Shown here piece after piece: positions 29,380 through 39,687 of a stretch of 64,000 nucleotides of DNA. Numbering within the stretch: the stretch's first letter is position 1; the number at the start of each line of letters is the position of its first letter. The notes beneath the pieces were generated by a model. The model did no database searches and was not told where the DNA came from. It worked only from the letters and a program-made list of their open reading frames with translations. Source of the stretch: an uncultured Chthonomonadaceae bacterium (lineage in GTDB: Bacteria > Armatimonadota > Chthonomonadetes > Chthonomonadales > Chthonomonadaceae). The translations under genes were made by a program, and so were the position numbers. The stretch is taken from contig CAWIEK010000063.1 in NCBI GenBank assembly GCA_963835065.1, forward strand, positions 160,001 to 224,000, written 5' to 3'.

Positions 29380-30723
29380 TTACGAGAACAGGCCGGGGAT
29401 GCCGGGGGAATCGCGGACGATGCGGGCTTCGCGCAGGCGGGCGGACACGTCCATGTTGAGCAGTTTGGCGACGCTCATATACGTGTCTTCGGGCGTGACG
29501 GGCAGTTCGGCGGGGTATTTGGCCTGCGCGTCGCTGGAACCGATCACGCGCCCGCCGGGGATGCCCGCGCCCGTAATCAGGAACGAGTACACGAACGGCC
29601 AGTGGTCGCGGCCCGCCGAGCCGTTGACAGTGGTGCGCCCGAACTCGCCCGTCACTAAGACAAGCGTTTTTTTGTTCAGGCCGCGCTGGTACACGTCTTC
29701 GATCAGGGCGGATACGGTTTTGTCCATTTCGGGCAGTTGGCGCTTGCAGCGGTTGAAGTTGTCGCCGTGATTGTCGAAGCCCATTTTATCCACATCATCG
29801 TTGATGGGATGCGCCCGCCAGTTCACCTGCACGAAGCGGACGCCCGATTCGATCAGCCGCCGCGCCATCAAACAGCCCTGCCCGAACTGCGTCATGCCGT
29901 AGCGTTCGCGGGTCTGAACCGTTTCTTTGGTCAGGTCGAACGCTTTTTTGGATTGGGGCGACGTGACAAGCGTAAACGCCTTTTCATACGCGGCGTCGTG
30001 AACGCGGGTGTCGCCGGATTCGATGTGGCGCTGGAAACTGTCTACCTGCTTGTACAATTCGTGGCGCAGGTTCAGGCGGTCGCCGGTCATGCCGGTCGGC
30101 GGGGTCAAAGCGGCCAGTTTGTCAACAGGCTGCATTGAATCGAGGACGCGGAAGGGTGAACTGGCGTTGCCTAAAAAGCCGCCGTCCTGTCCGAGGGGGC
30201 CGTTTCCCGCTGTGTCGTACATGCGCGGCCCGATGTGGATCGCGGAGGGGAGGGCGTTGCGCTGCGGCATGAATTTGGAGATCACGGAGCCGATGTTGGG
30301 AGCCTCGCGTCCCGGAGCCACTTTGTTGCCCGTGAGCGTATAATGCGCGGCCTGCGCATGAACCGACTGGTCGTGCGTGGCGGAGCGAATAATGGTGTAC
30401 TTGTCGGCCATACGCGCCATCAGGGGCAGATGTTCGCAGATTTGGATGCCGGGCACGTTGGTCGGGATCGGCTTGAAGATGCCGCGCACCGCTTCGGGCG
30501 CGTCGGGCTTCATATCGAACGTGTCCTGATGCGGCGGCCCGCCCCACAAAAACACGAGGATGACGGACATCTCGTTGTCAACATTGCTGTCCGCGCCCGC
30601 TTTTTGCGCCGCCAGCAGGCCGGGCAGCGTCAGGCCAAGAAAGCCCGCCGACCCGATCTGCAAAAATTCGCGCCGGGTAGGTCCATCGCACGTATTAACC
30701 GTCTCGTGTCCAAATTCAATCAT
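29380..30723 (-). CDS. DUF1501 domain protein (Tat-like TRREFL)
   Basis: FLWGGPPHQDTFDMKP; CLMARRLIESGVRFV; GEFGRT; GRDHWP. Confidence 0.93.
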   Translation of the reverse strand: MIEFGHETVNTCDGPTRREFLQIGSAGFLGLTLPGLLAAQKAGADSNVDNEMSVILVFLWGGPPHQDTFDMKPDAPEAVRGIFKPIPTNVPGIQICEHLPLMARMADKYTIIRSATHDQSVHAQAAHYTLTGNKVAPGREAPNIGSVISKFMPQRNALPSAIHIGPRMYDTAGNGPLGQDGGFLGNASSPFRVLDSMQPVDKLAALTPPTGMTGDRLNLRHELYKQVDSFQRHIESGDTRVHDAAYEKAFTLVTSPQSKKAFDLTKETVQTRERYGMTQFGQGCLMARRLIESGVRFVQVNWRAHPINDDVDKMGFDNHGDNFNRCKRQLPEMDKTVSALIEDVYQRGLNKKTLVLVTGEFGRTTVNGSAGRDHWPFVYSFLITGAGIPGGRVIGSSDAQAKYPAELPVTPEDTYMSVAKLLNMDVSARLREARIVRDSPGIPGLFS

Positions 30724-30755
30724 GGTCGATTCCTTTCCGTAATCGTTGTGTCGTT

Positions 30756-33045
30756 TTAATGGTTAAACAGGAACTCTTTGCTGTTCACCAGCACCCACAG
30801 CATATCCTCTAAGCGCATGGCGTCTTGCGGTGTTGTCTTTTGGCGCGGAAGCAATCACGCGTTCGCAGAGTGGCTTGCAGGTTGGCAGGCTTCGTTCCGG
30901 TCGGCGGAGGGAGAACGCCCGAAGGTTGTCCAGTACAATTCGTTGAGAATGTCGGCGTCGTTTTTGCCGGCTTTGAGCAGGCGGTTCACCAGTCCGGTGT
31001 CCGCCGTCACTTTGCGGTTGAGCAGGTCGCCGTTGATGAACAGGAGCGCCTGCGCCATGTTGGGTTCCTGGCTGCGCTCGCACTCGCACGTAATCACGCG
31101 GGCGGGACGGCCCAGCGCGTCCATAAAGTCGGATTTGACGTGCGTATCGGGCAACTGCACGGCGCGAAGTCCGGGCGGCATGTTGGGAAACTCTTCCGGA
31201 TTGGCCGGATACCTGACTCAGCGCGTCCAGCAGCTCTTCGGCCGTCATGCGGCGCACCATGAAGTGGCTGAAGTAGCGGTCGTCTTTGCTGTTTTGGGGC
31301 GTGGACGCGGACGAAAGCTGATACGTTCGGGACGTCACGATTTGCCGAATTAGATGCTGCAGGTCAAACTTATGTTTCACGAAGTCGGCAGCAAGGGCGT
31401 CGAACAATTCCGGGTTGGTGGCGGGGTTGGTTTCGCGCAGGTCGTCTACGGGTTCTACCAAGCCCCGGCCCATGAAGTGCGCCCACACGCGGTTGACAAG
31501 CGAATGGGAGAAATACCAGTTGTCGGGGCGCGTCAGCCATTTGGCGAAAAAGGCGCGGCGCTCTTCGGGCGCGTCAAGGGCAAGCATCGGCCCGCCGAGC
31601 GGCTTGGGCGGCACGGGTTTGCCCAATCGCGGCTGTATCACATCGCCGGAAGGGGCGTTATAAACGGTCATTTCGTCATTGACGTAAATGCCCAAGTCGG
31701 CCTTGAACTTCACGCGGGCGAACAGATTCGCCATGCCATAATATTCGTTCTGCGTCCACTTTTCCAGCGGGTGGTTGTGGCACTTGGCGCACTGTACCCG
31801 GATGCCCATAAAGCCCTGCGTGATGTTTTCGGCCAGTTCTTCGGGTTTCAGGGCGGTGCGGAAATAGTTGGCGGGGCCGTCCAGAAACGTGTTGCCCCGC
31901 GCCGTCAGAATCTCGCGCGCCATCACGTCCCAGCCCTTGTTGTCGCGCACGGCGTCATGGATGTAGCTGTAGTACGCCCACATGCCCTTGTCTTTGAGCG
32001 TACCCCGATTCACGCGCAGCAGGTCGCTCCACTTGTACGCCCAAAAATCAATGAAGGCGGGCCGGGACATCAGCGCATCGGCAAGTTTGGCGCGTTTTTG
32101 CGGGTCGGTATCGGCGGCAAAGGCGCGGGCTTCGTCCGGCGTGGGCAGCGCCGCCCGTCAGATCCAGCGTGACGCGCCGAACGTATTCCAGATCGTTCGC
32201 TTGCTGGCTCAGGGGCAGACGCAGGCCGGCAAGTTTGGCAAGAACCAGATCGTCAATGTAGTTGGCGCGGGGCGCGGCAGCCAGCGTTTGCGCCGTCACC
32301 TTGTTCGGGAACGGAACCATCACGCGGGCAACCGCAACCCGGTCCTGATAGCCGACCATAATCGCCGTTTGTCCAACTCCGGCAATGGAAACCAGGCCGT
32401 CCGGCACAACCGTTGCCACGTTTTCATCATTGGTGGCAAACCGCGCCCAATGGGTCACATCGCGCTTGCTGCCATCCGAGAAAACCGCCTGTACATGCAA
32501 TTGCGTCTGCGCTTTGGGCGCAAGGGACTGCACGGGTGGCGTCACCTGCAAGCCGGTCACATGCGGGTCGCGCATATCGGGCCAGCCGCGCCCTGCCGCA
32601 GCCAATTCGACAGAATGGCGTAATCCGGGCTGTTGCGGGTCAGGGCTTTGCCGCCCAGATGCGGCGTTTCCAGCAGGGGCTTGCGCAGCAGCAGGCTTTG
32701 CGCGGGCAGGGCAAGGTCAACGCGCCGCCCCCGTGACTGCCGGCAAATGGCAGAATAGTCCAGTTCGGGCGCAAAGCCGCGCAGACTCAACTTGAAGCCG
32801 TTTTTGCCCGCCGCCGCGCCGTGACACGTCCCGGAATTGCAGCCGTTGCGCGTCAGCACGGGAATCACGTCGTTAATAAAACTGACGGGTTTAATGACAT
32901 GAGCAGGCGCAATGGCATGAGCATGAGCCGCAGCGCGTTTGTATTGCGCCGACCCGCGCAGCGCCAACAGCGCCAACAGCGCCGCCGTCATGCCGAGCAT
33001 ACGCCGACCTGATTGAAAGCCGGATGGAAGGGAAAATTGAAGCAT
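30756..33045 (-). CDS. DUF1549/DUF1553 protein with Ig-like domain, split by several frameshifts
   Basis: SFINDVIPVLTRNGCNSGTCHG; YIDDLVLAKL; QCAKCHNHP; VNRVWAHFMGRGLVEPVDD; ends EDMLWVLVNSKEFLFNH* at 30756. Confidence 0.88.
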
Positions 33046-33354
33046 AAACTCCCGGAGGTTTCCTTTAGCCGCGAATACACGCGAATGAACGCAAATAGGC
33101 AAAGACAAGAATAGAATGGTTGCGTAAAGGCTTGTGCCACAGAGAACGCTACATACAAATGCAGCACGACGCATAGCGCATTTTACCCGCGCGCTTGAAG
33201 GATTAGACACAACAAGGCCGCGCTTGTGGCAAAAAGGTGCTGCAAATTGTTCCCACTTGCGTGAAATAACTTCGATATTCCGCCCAAGCGCAGGATTTTG
33301 TCCCGCCTTTGCACAACAGCATACCGCAATACTGACACGCGGGGGATAAAAGGA

Positions 33355-33801
33355 ATGGAAATTGCAGATTTAGCGGAAATCGAGGGGCGCGCGTACCCGG
33401 CGCGGCGGCGAACGCAAAATCTGGTCGGCGGCGCGTCTCCGCTTCAGGCTGCCGCGTTCAGCATGGGCTACGTCACGCTGGAACCCAACGGCGGGCAGGT
33501 TCCGTGGCACAATCAGGAGCAGGAAGAAGTGTACTTCGTGCTGGAAGGAACCGGGGAAATGTGCCTGGGCGCAGAGCGGCAAGTCATGACGAGCGGGCAG
33601 GCCGTGTACATTCCGTCCGGCGTGTTTCATCAAATGACCAACCTGGGCGATACGCCCCTGAAAATGCTCTACTGCTACGGCCCCGCCGGCGAAGTCGCGC
33701 ACTGGAAGCAGGAACTCGACGGCACACTGCCCAAAGCCGGGCAGGACGCGCCGCCCTTGCCGGAGGGGGCGCAGCCGCAGCATACCAATGATGAGCGATG
33801 A
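33355..33801 (+). CDS. Cupin domain protein
   Basis: PWHNQEQEEVYFVLEG; YIPSGVFHQ; AAGGA RBS. Confidence 0.92.
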   Translation: MEIADLAEIEGRAYPARRRTQNLVGGASPLQAAAFSMGYVTLEPNGGQVPWHNQEQEEVYFVLEGTGEMCLGAERQVMTSGQAVYIPSGVFHQMTNLGDTPLKMLYCYGPAGEVAHWKQELDGTLPKAGQDAPPLPEGAQPQHTNDER

Positions 33802-33855
33802 ATGATGAGTGATGAATATGAGTTTGTTCATCACTCATCACTCATCATTCATCAC
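33787..33855. repeat. Heptamer inverted repeat (TGATGAG/TGATGAA versus CTCATCA/TTCATCA)
   Basis: Read directly; contains the cupin stop codon. Confidence 0.85.
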
Positions 33856-33868
33856 TTTGCCTAACACC

Positions 33869-35026
33869 ATGACTACAACCCACCACATCGGCATCCTTAT
33901 GAACGGCGTCACGGGGCGCATGGGAACCAATCAGCACTTGATGCGTTCCCTGGTCGCTATACGGGAACAGGGCGGCATCCCGCTTCCCAACGGCGATACC
34001 ATTCTGCCTGAACCTGTTCTGGTCGGGCGCAATGCGGCGAAACTGGAAAAACTGGCGCAGCAGGCGGGCGGGGTACGCTGGACAACCGATCTGGATACGG
34101 CCCTTGCCGACCCGAACAACCAAATCTATTTTGACGCGCAGTTGACGCAGTTACGCGCGTCCGCCACGCAAAAAGCGATTGCGGCGGGCAAGCACATTTA
34201 TTGCGAAAAGCCTACGGGTGTCAGCGTCCACGAAGCTTATGGCCTGTATCTCGCGGCGAAAAACGCGGGCGTCAAGCATGGCGTGGTGCAGGACAAATTG
34301 TTTCTGCCCGGCCTGCTTAAACTGAAATGGCTGATTGACAGCGGCTTTTTCGGGCGTATTCTATCGGTGCGGGGAGAATTCGGCTACTGGGTGTTTACGG
34401 GCGAGGATCAAATTGCGCCACAACGCCCCTCGTGGAACTACCGGCAGGAAGATGGCGGCGGCATCATCGTGGATATGCTCTGCCACTGGCGTTATGTGCT
34501 GGACAATCTGTTCGGCAGGGTGCAAAGCGTGTCGTGTTTGGGAGCCACGCACGTTGCAAGCCGCGTGGATGAGCAGGGGAAGCCGTATGCCTGCACCGCA
34601 GACGACAGCGCGTATGCTACATTTCAATTGGAAGGCGGCATTATCGCGCACTTCAATTCCTCGTGGTGCGTTCGGGTGCGGCGCGACGACCTGCTCACGC
34701 TGCAAGTGGACGGCACGAAGGGCAGCGCGGTTGCCGGACTGCGCGATTGCGTGATGCAGCCTTACAACGGTACGCCGCGTCCCGTCTGGAACCCCGACAT
34801 AGCCAGCCCCATCCATTTTGCCGAGAGTTGGATGCCCGTTCCCGCCAACCAAACCTTCGATAACGGCTTCAAAGCGCAATGGGAACTGTTTCTCAAGCAT
34901 GTGGTTCTGGATACGCCCTTCCCCTACGACCTGCGCGAGGGCGCAAAAGGCGTCCAATTAGCCGAAGCCGGAATCGAGTCATGGCATAAGCGCTGTTGGG
35001 TAGATTTGACGGAGTTACAGGTGTAA
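33869..35026 (+). CDS. Gfo/Idh/MocA family oxidoreductase
   Basis: NGVTGRMG; GKHIYCEKP; GGGIIVDMLCH. Confidence 0.93.
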   Translation: MTTTHHIGILMNGVTGRMGTNQHLMRSLVAIREQGGIPLPNGDTILPEPVLVGRNAAKLEKLAQQAGGVRWTTDLDTALADPNNQIYFDAQLTQLRASATQKAIAAGKHIYCEKPTGVSVHEAYGLYLAAKNAGVKHGVVQDKLFLPGLLKLKWLIDSGFFGRILSVRGEFGYWVFTGEDQIAPQRPSWNYRQEDGGGIIVDMLCHWRYVLDNLFGRVQSVSCLGATHVASRVDEQGKPYACTADDSAYATFQLEGGIIAHFNSSWCVRVRRDDLLTLQVDGTKGSAVAGLRDCVMQPYNGTPRPVWNPDIASPIHFAESWMPVPANQTFDNGFKAQWELFLKHVVLDTPFPYDLREGAKGVQLAEAGIESWHKRCWVDLTELQV

Positions 35027-35068
35027 GGGATAAGTGGCAAGGGATAAGTCATATAAGGAAAAGCGGTT

Positions 35069-36011
35069 ATGAATTTAACGGAAGTCCATGCGCGGCGCAA
35101 ATTGGGACGCAAAATAACGGGTATGGCGGCTATGCTGCTGCCTTTTGACGCCAACGGCGACATTGCTGAAGACGCTTATGCGGCCTGTTTGCGCGACACC
35201 GTTGCGGCGGGCTTGACTCCGGCGGTCAATATGGATACGGGCTATGTCAACTTATTGACCGATGAGGAAAAAGAGCGCGTTCTAAAACTGGCGCGGCGGG
35301 CGTTGGGCAATGCGCCGTTTGTGGCGGGCGCGTATATCGAGGGGCAGGATGGCGATGTGGCGGACTTGTACCGGCGCGAAATCGCCCGCATTGCCAAGTA
35401 TGGGGGTACGCCCATTTTGTTCCAAACCTCGCGCCTGCACGATAAGCCGGTCAAAGAGGTAGTGGACGCTTACGCCCGCGCCGTTCAGGATGTGCCGACG
35501 GCTTACGGGTTTGAACTCGGACGCATGTTCGCGCCCAACGGTGAAATCTGGACAGCCGAAATCGCCGAAGGGATTATGTCCATCCCGCAATTCAAAGGCA
35601 TGAAACACTCCAGCCTGGACAGAGTGATTGAACTGGAACGCCTTGCCCTGCGAGATCGCATACGTCCCGATTTTCAGATATTCACCGGCAACGATTTAGG
35701 AATTGATATGATCGAATACGGCAGCGATTATCTGCTTGGATTGGCCGCGTTTTCACCTTCAACGTTTGCCGAACGCGACCGCTTGTGGCAGCAACAGGAC
35801 ACGGGTTACTTCGCCATTGCCGACGCCTTGCAACTGCTCGGCAACATCGCGTTCCGTCCGCCCGTTCCCGCCTACAAACATTCCGCCGCCATTTTCCTGC
35901 ACCTGTTGGGCAAAATTCCCCACGAGCAAAACGCACCCCCGCAGCCCGGAACGCCCGCATTGGGAACACGCTATGCTCACGGATTGCGCCAAACGCCTGA
36001 ATTTGCTTTAA
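35069..36011 (+). CDS. Dihydrodipicolinate synthase (DapA)-family aldolase; frameshift near 35920
   Basis: AVNMDTG; GMKHSSL Schiff-base Lys; FTGND; a plausible C-terminus continues in another frame to 36011. Confidence 0.82.
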
Positions 36012-36156
36012 GGATTAAGTCCCTTAAACACGGCACAATCTGGTGGCCCCAGGACAATCGGCGGCAGGCTTAACAATCAGTATTTCATATCTCATCGTTA
36101 AGGCTGGTTTACGATGAGGCCGGTTTATGATGTGGCCGGTTTCCAGAAGAACACGG

Positions 36157-39100
36157 CTAATCCACGTACACAAACTCATTGGCGCAGAGGAGTATCTGGC
36201 AATACTGCTCCCATGCGGCAGAGTCTTTCGCCGTCGCGCGGGCGCGCTGCAAGAAGGATTGGGCAATGCGGGTTTCGTCCTCACCGGCGGGGCGTCCGTA
36301 CAGCAACAGGTACGCGCGCTGGATGCGGGCAATGGCGCTGTTCGGGCCGTCGGGGATTTCCGTCGCCAATCGCTGCGCAAGGGCGCGGGTCTGGTCGAGG
36401 ACGAATGGGTTGTTGAGCAGGTACAGGGATTGCGGCGCCACTGTGGAGACGGTACGCCGATCCACGCAGGCCGTCGAATCCGCGCCATCGAACAGGGGCG
36501 CGAACCCGGCGCGATCCGAGCGAATGGTCATGTAATACAGCGTCCGGCGCGGAACGGTGAAATCCCGGTACGCCACGCCGCCCATCGTCTTGTCCAATTT
36601 CCCGGACGCGGCCAGCAAACTGTCGCGCACGGCCTCGGCTTCCAATCGCTGCCGCATCATGCGCCCCACAAGCCGATTGTCCGGGTCGGCCTTCACGGTT
36701 TCCGCTCGCCCCTCGCTCGCCTGCTGATACGTCGCCGACAGCAGTATCAGCCTGTGCAGCTTTTTGGTAGACCAGGAGCAGGCGAAGGTGTCAGGTTTCA
36801 GGTTCCAGGTATCAGGGCTTGCAGATTGAAAGGTCTTTCCTGAAACCTGAGACCTGAAACCTGACACCTGTGTGTCCTTCCCTGACCCCTGACCCCTGAC
36901 CCCTGACCCCTCCACGAAGTGGCTTGCCAGCCAGTCCAGCAGTTCGGGATGCGTGGGTTTTTCGCCGAGGAAGCCAAAGTTGCTGGGTGTGCCGACGATT
37001 CCCTTGCCGAAGTGGTGCTGCCAGACGCGGTTGACCCACACGCGGCCTGTCAGTGGGTGCGTGTCGGATGCCAGCCATTCCGCGAGTTGGAGGCGTCCGC
37101 TGCCCTGCGTGATGGGCGGCTGGTTTTCGCCCGCGATGACAACCGGGAAATGGCGCGGAACCATGTCGCCCAATCGGGCGTAACTGCCCCGGATGTGAAC
37201 GCGCACGTCATGGACGCCCGCGTGGGGGCTTTCGGGACAGCCTCCCTCCTGCGCAGCGTTGGCAAACGCGATGGGCGGAGGCGGGCTTTTGCGCAGGGCG
37301 TCCAGCTGCGTCTGCGCTTTTGCGATGGCGGCGCGGGCTTCGGGCGACAGTTGGCTTTCTTCCGCCGGGTTTTGTATCCAGAACGGGCTGCTTGCGTCCG
37401 CAGCGGTAAACGAATGGGCAAACTGCTGAATGGCCTGCTGCGCGTTGGCGGGAATTGCGGCTGCGGTTCCGCTTCCATCCGCAACGGCTTGCCGAACCAG
37501 CGCCAGGTCGGGATTGAACACCGCGTCGGGCGTGGCGTTGCGATGCCGGTCCGCCATGTCTTCAAAGCGCCACACGCCCGCGTTGCCGTAGCTGTCCGTA
37601 TGCGGGTTGCCCTTGCCGCCTTGCAGGGGATCGGCCATCAGATCACGGGCCAGATTCCAGGCGCGCATAGCCTTCACGCCCGATTGTGACAGAGAGTTGA
37701 TATTTGCCAGAACCGTTCCTGATGCAGTCGGGGATGTGCTGTTGGCAGCGCCGACTTCCGTAATGGTCAGGTCTACAACCGTCGTGTCGAAGCCGTAGTT
37801 TTCTTTGGGCAGGACGGCCAATTCGATCTGGTCGCCCTGCCGCACGGACACGGTTTTCAGATTGGCGGCAGTATGTCCCTGCGCAAAGTCCTGCTTGCCG
37901 CCATTGGGAAACTCGCCCGTCGCCAGTTCCCGCGCTCCTCCCGCGCTGCGCTGATCGAGCGCCCAGGCAATGCCGTCGCCCCCGTTGGGGTCGGCATCCG
38001 CCACGCCCCCCGTAATCTGCACGGTTCCTGTAATCGGGCTTTGCCACGCGACGACAACGCCGTTCGTCGGGCCGGGATGGACGCACACGGAACGGGGCGG
38101 GAGGGTCAGGGAACTAAGCGGACGGGGCGTGTCATTGGTGTTAATAAGCGCATTGGGGCAGTCTGCCGCGCCACGCCACGCGCTTACGCCCTTAATACCC
38201 GAAGCGTCCGCCTGTGACTGCAGCATCAGCGGGTAATCGCCCGTTTTCAAAAAATCGTTCCACTGCCGGAACGCCCAGAGTTGTAAGTTTTGCGACGCGG
38301 CAAAGGCTTCGGGTGTCTGCGTTGCCTGCCCAATCGGGCGATGCGCGTACAGCCATGTGGCCTGCGCATACCGCTCGGTTTGGGGCAGCAGGCTGCGGGC
38401 ATGGTCGCGCAGGACGTTGTCGCGCATCTGTTTCACTTGCGCCGCGCTGCTCGCCAGTTCCTGTTGATACGCTTCCCGCCGCGCTTTGGCCTGCGGCGTG
38501 TCCAGCGAAACGCGCAGGATGGACTCGCCCGCCCCTTTGGGCGACAGCTTTGGCAGGATGTGCGTGCTAAAGAAAATCCCCGCAAGCCCATAATAATCTT
38601 TGGTGGAAATAGGATCGAATTTATGATCGTGGCAACGGGCGCAGGCAACCGTCAGCCCCATCATGCCCCGGCTGATAACATCCACCTGATCGTCGGCAAT
38701 GTCGGTCAGGATTTTATCTTTGTCCGCATCCCCATTGCCCCAGTTGCCGATAGCCAGCAAGCCGGTGGCGATAATGCCATCGGGGTTAATGGTGATTGGT
38801 GGTTGGTGGTTGGTGGTTGGGCTATTCTGTTCCCTGTTTCCTGTTCCCTGTTCGCTCCCTGACCACTCTGGAAGCAAATCTCCCGCAATCTGATACTTGA
38901 GGAACCAGTTGTAGGGCAGGTCGCGGTTGAAGGCGTTGACGATCCAGTCGCGGTAGCGCCAGGCTTCGCTGATGTCGCCGTCACTGCCCGATCCCCGCGC
39001 ATCCAGGCTGTCGGCGTAGCGTACCAAATCCAGCCAGTGCCGCCCCCAACGCTCGCCATAGGCGGGGGAGTCAAGCAGGCGATTGACGACCTTTTCCCAA

Positions 39101-39564
39101 GCGTCCGGCGATTTATCTTTGACGAACGCTTCTACGTCTTCGGGGGTTGGCGGCAGACCCGTCAGGTCGAACGAGGCGCGGCGAATCAGCGTCCGGCGAT
39201 CCGCCGGGGCAGCCGGTTTCAAGCCTTTAGCTTCCAGTCCCGCCAGAATAAAGCGGTCAATCGGGTTCTTGCACCACGCCACGTTCTTCACTGCGGGTAG
39301 AGCCGGGTTCTTCACCGATTGAAACGACCAGAAGGAGGTTCGATTTTGGATTTTCGATTTTGGATTTTCGATTGCCGATTGTGAATTGGCGATTGGCGAC
39401 TGCTTGCCTACTGTTCCCTGTTCCCTGTTCCCTGTTCCCTGTCCTTTCGTCTTCTGCCCCTGTGCCAATACCGCGCAGGCGGTCAGCAGGCATAGGGACG
39501 CGCCCGCAAGCAGACCTGCAAACGGCGCTTGCTTGAAACATTGGGAAGGATGGGGAGTTGCCAT
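36157..39564 (-). CDS. DUF1549/DUF1553 (PSCyt2/PSD1) protein with three in-frame repeat insertions
   Basis: NPIDRFI; DLTGLPPT; YGERWGRHWLD; CARCHDHKFDP; HPELLDWLA; ends NEFVYVD. Confidence 0.94.
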   Translation of the reverse strand: MATPHPSQCFKQAPFAGLLAGASLCLLTACAVLAQGQKTKGQGTGNREQGTVGKQSPIANSQSAIENPKSKIQNRTSFWSFQSVKNPALPAVKNVAWCKNPIDRFILAGLEAKGLKPAAPADRRTLIRRASFDLTGLPPTPEDVEAFVKDKSPDAWEKVVNRLLDSPAYGERWGRHWLDLVRYADSLDARGSGSDGDISEAWRYRDWIVNAFNRDLPYNWFLKYQIAGDLLPEWSGSEQGTGNREQNSPTTNHQPPITINPDGIIATGLLAIGNWGNGDADKDKILTDIADDQVDVISRGMMGLTVACARCHDHKFDPISTKDYYGLAGIFFSTHILPKLSPKGAGESILRVSLDTPQAKARREAYQQELASSAAQVKQMRDNVLRDHARSLLPQTERYAQATWLYAHRPIGQATQTPEAFAASQNLQLWAFRQWNDFLKTGDYPLMLQSQADASGIKGVSAWRGAADCPNALINTNDTPRPLSSLTLPPRSVCVHPGPTNGVVVAWQSPITGTVQITGGVADADPNGGDGIAWALDQRSAGGARELATGEFPNGGKQDFAQGHTAANLKTVSVRQGDQIELAVLPKENYGFDTTVVDLTITEVGAANSTSPTASGTVLANINSLSQSGVKAMRAWNLARDLMADPLQGGKGNPHTDSYGNAGVWRFEDMADRHRNATPDAVFNPDLALVRQAVADGSGTAAAIPANAQQAIQQFAHSFTAADASSPFWIQNPAEESQLSPEARAAIAKAQTQLDALRKSPPPPIAFANAAQEGGCPESPHAGVHDVRVHIRGSYARLGDMVPRHFPVVIAGENQPPITQGSGRLQLAEWLASDTHPLTGRVWVNRVWQHHFGKGIVGTPSNFGFLGEKPTHPELLDWLASHFVEGSGVRGQGSGKDTQVSGFRSQVSGKTFQSASPDTWNLKPDTFACSWSTKKLHRLILLSATYQQASEGRAETVKADPDNRLVGRMMRQRLEAEAVRDSLLAASGKLDKTMGGVAYRDFTVPRRTLYYMTIRSDRAGFAPLFDGADSTACVDRRTVSTVAPQSLYLLNNPFVLDQTRALAQRLATEIPDGPNSAIARIQRAYLLLYGRPAGEDETRIAQSFLQRARATAKDSAAWEQYCQILLCANEFVYVD

Positions 39565-39687
39565 GCGCTTTTCCTCTGGATTGATTTGCGGCCTGGATAG
39601 TTTTCCGCACAAGACATTCGTGGTACAATACACACATCAACATAAACCTGAACACTCAACGCTCAACGCTTAACAGAGACGCACCGC

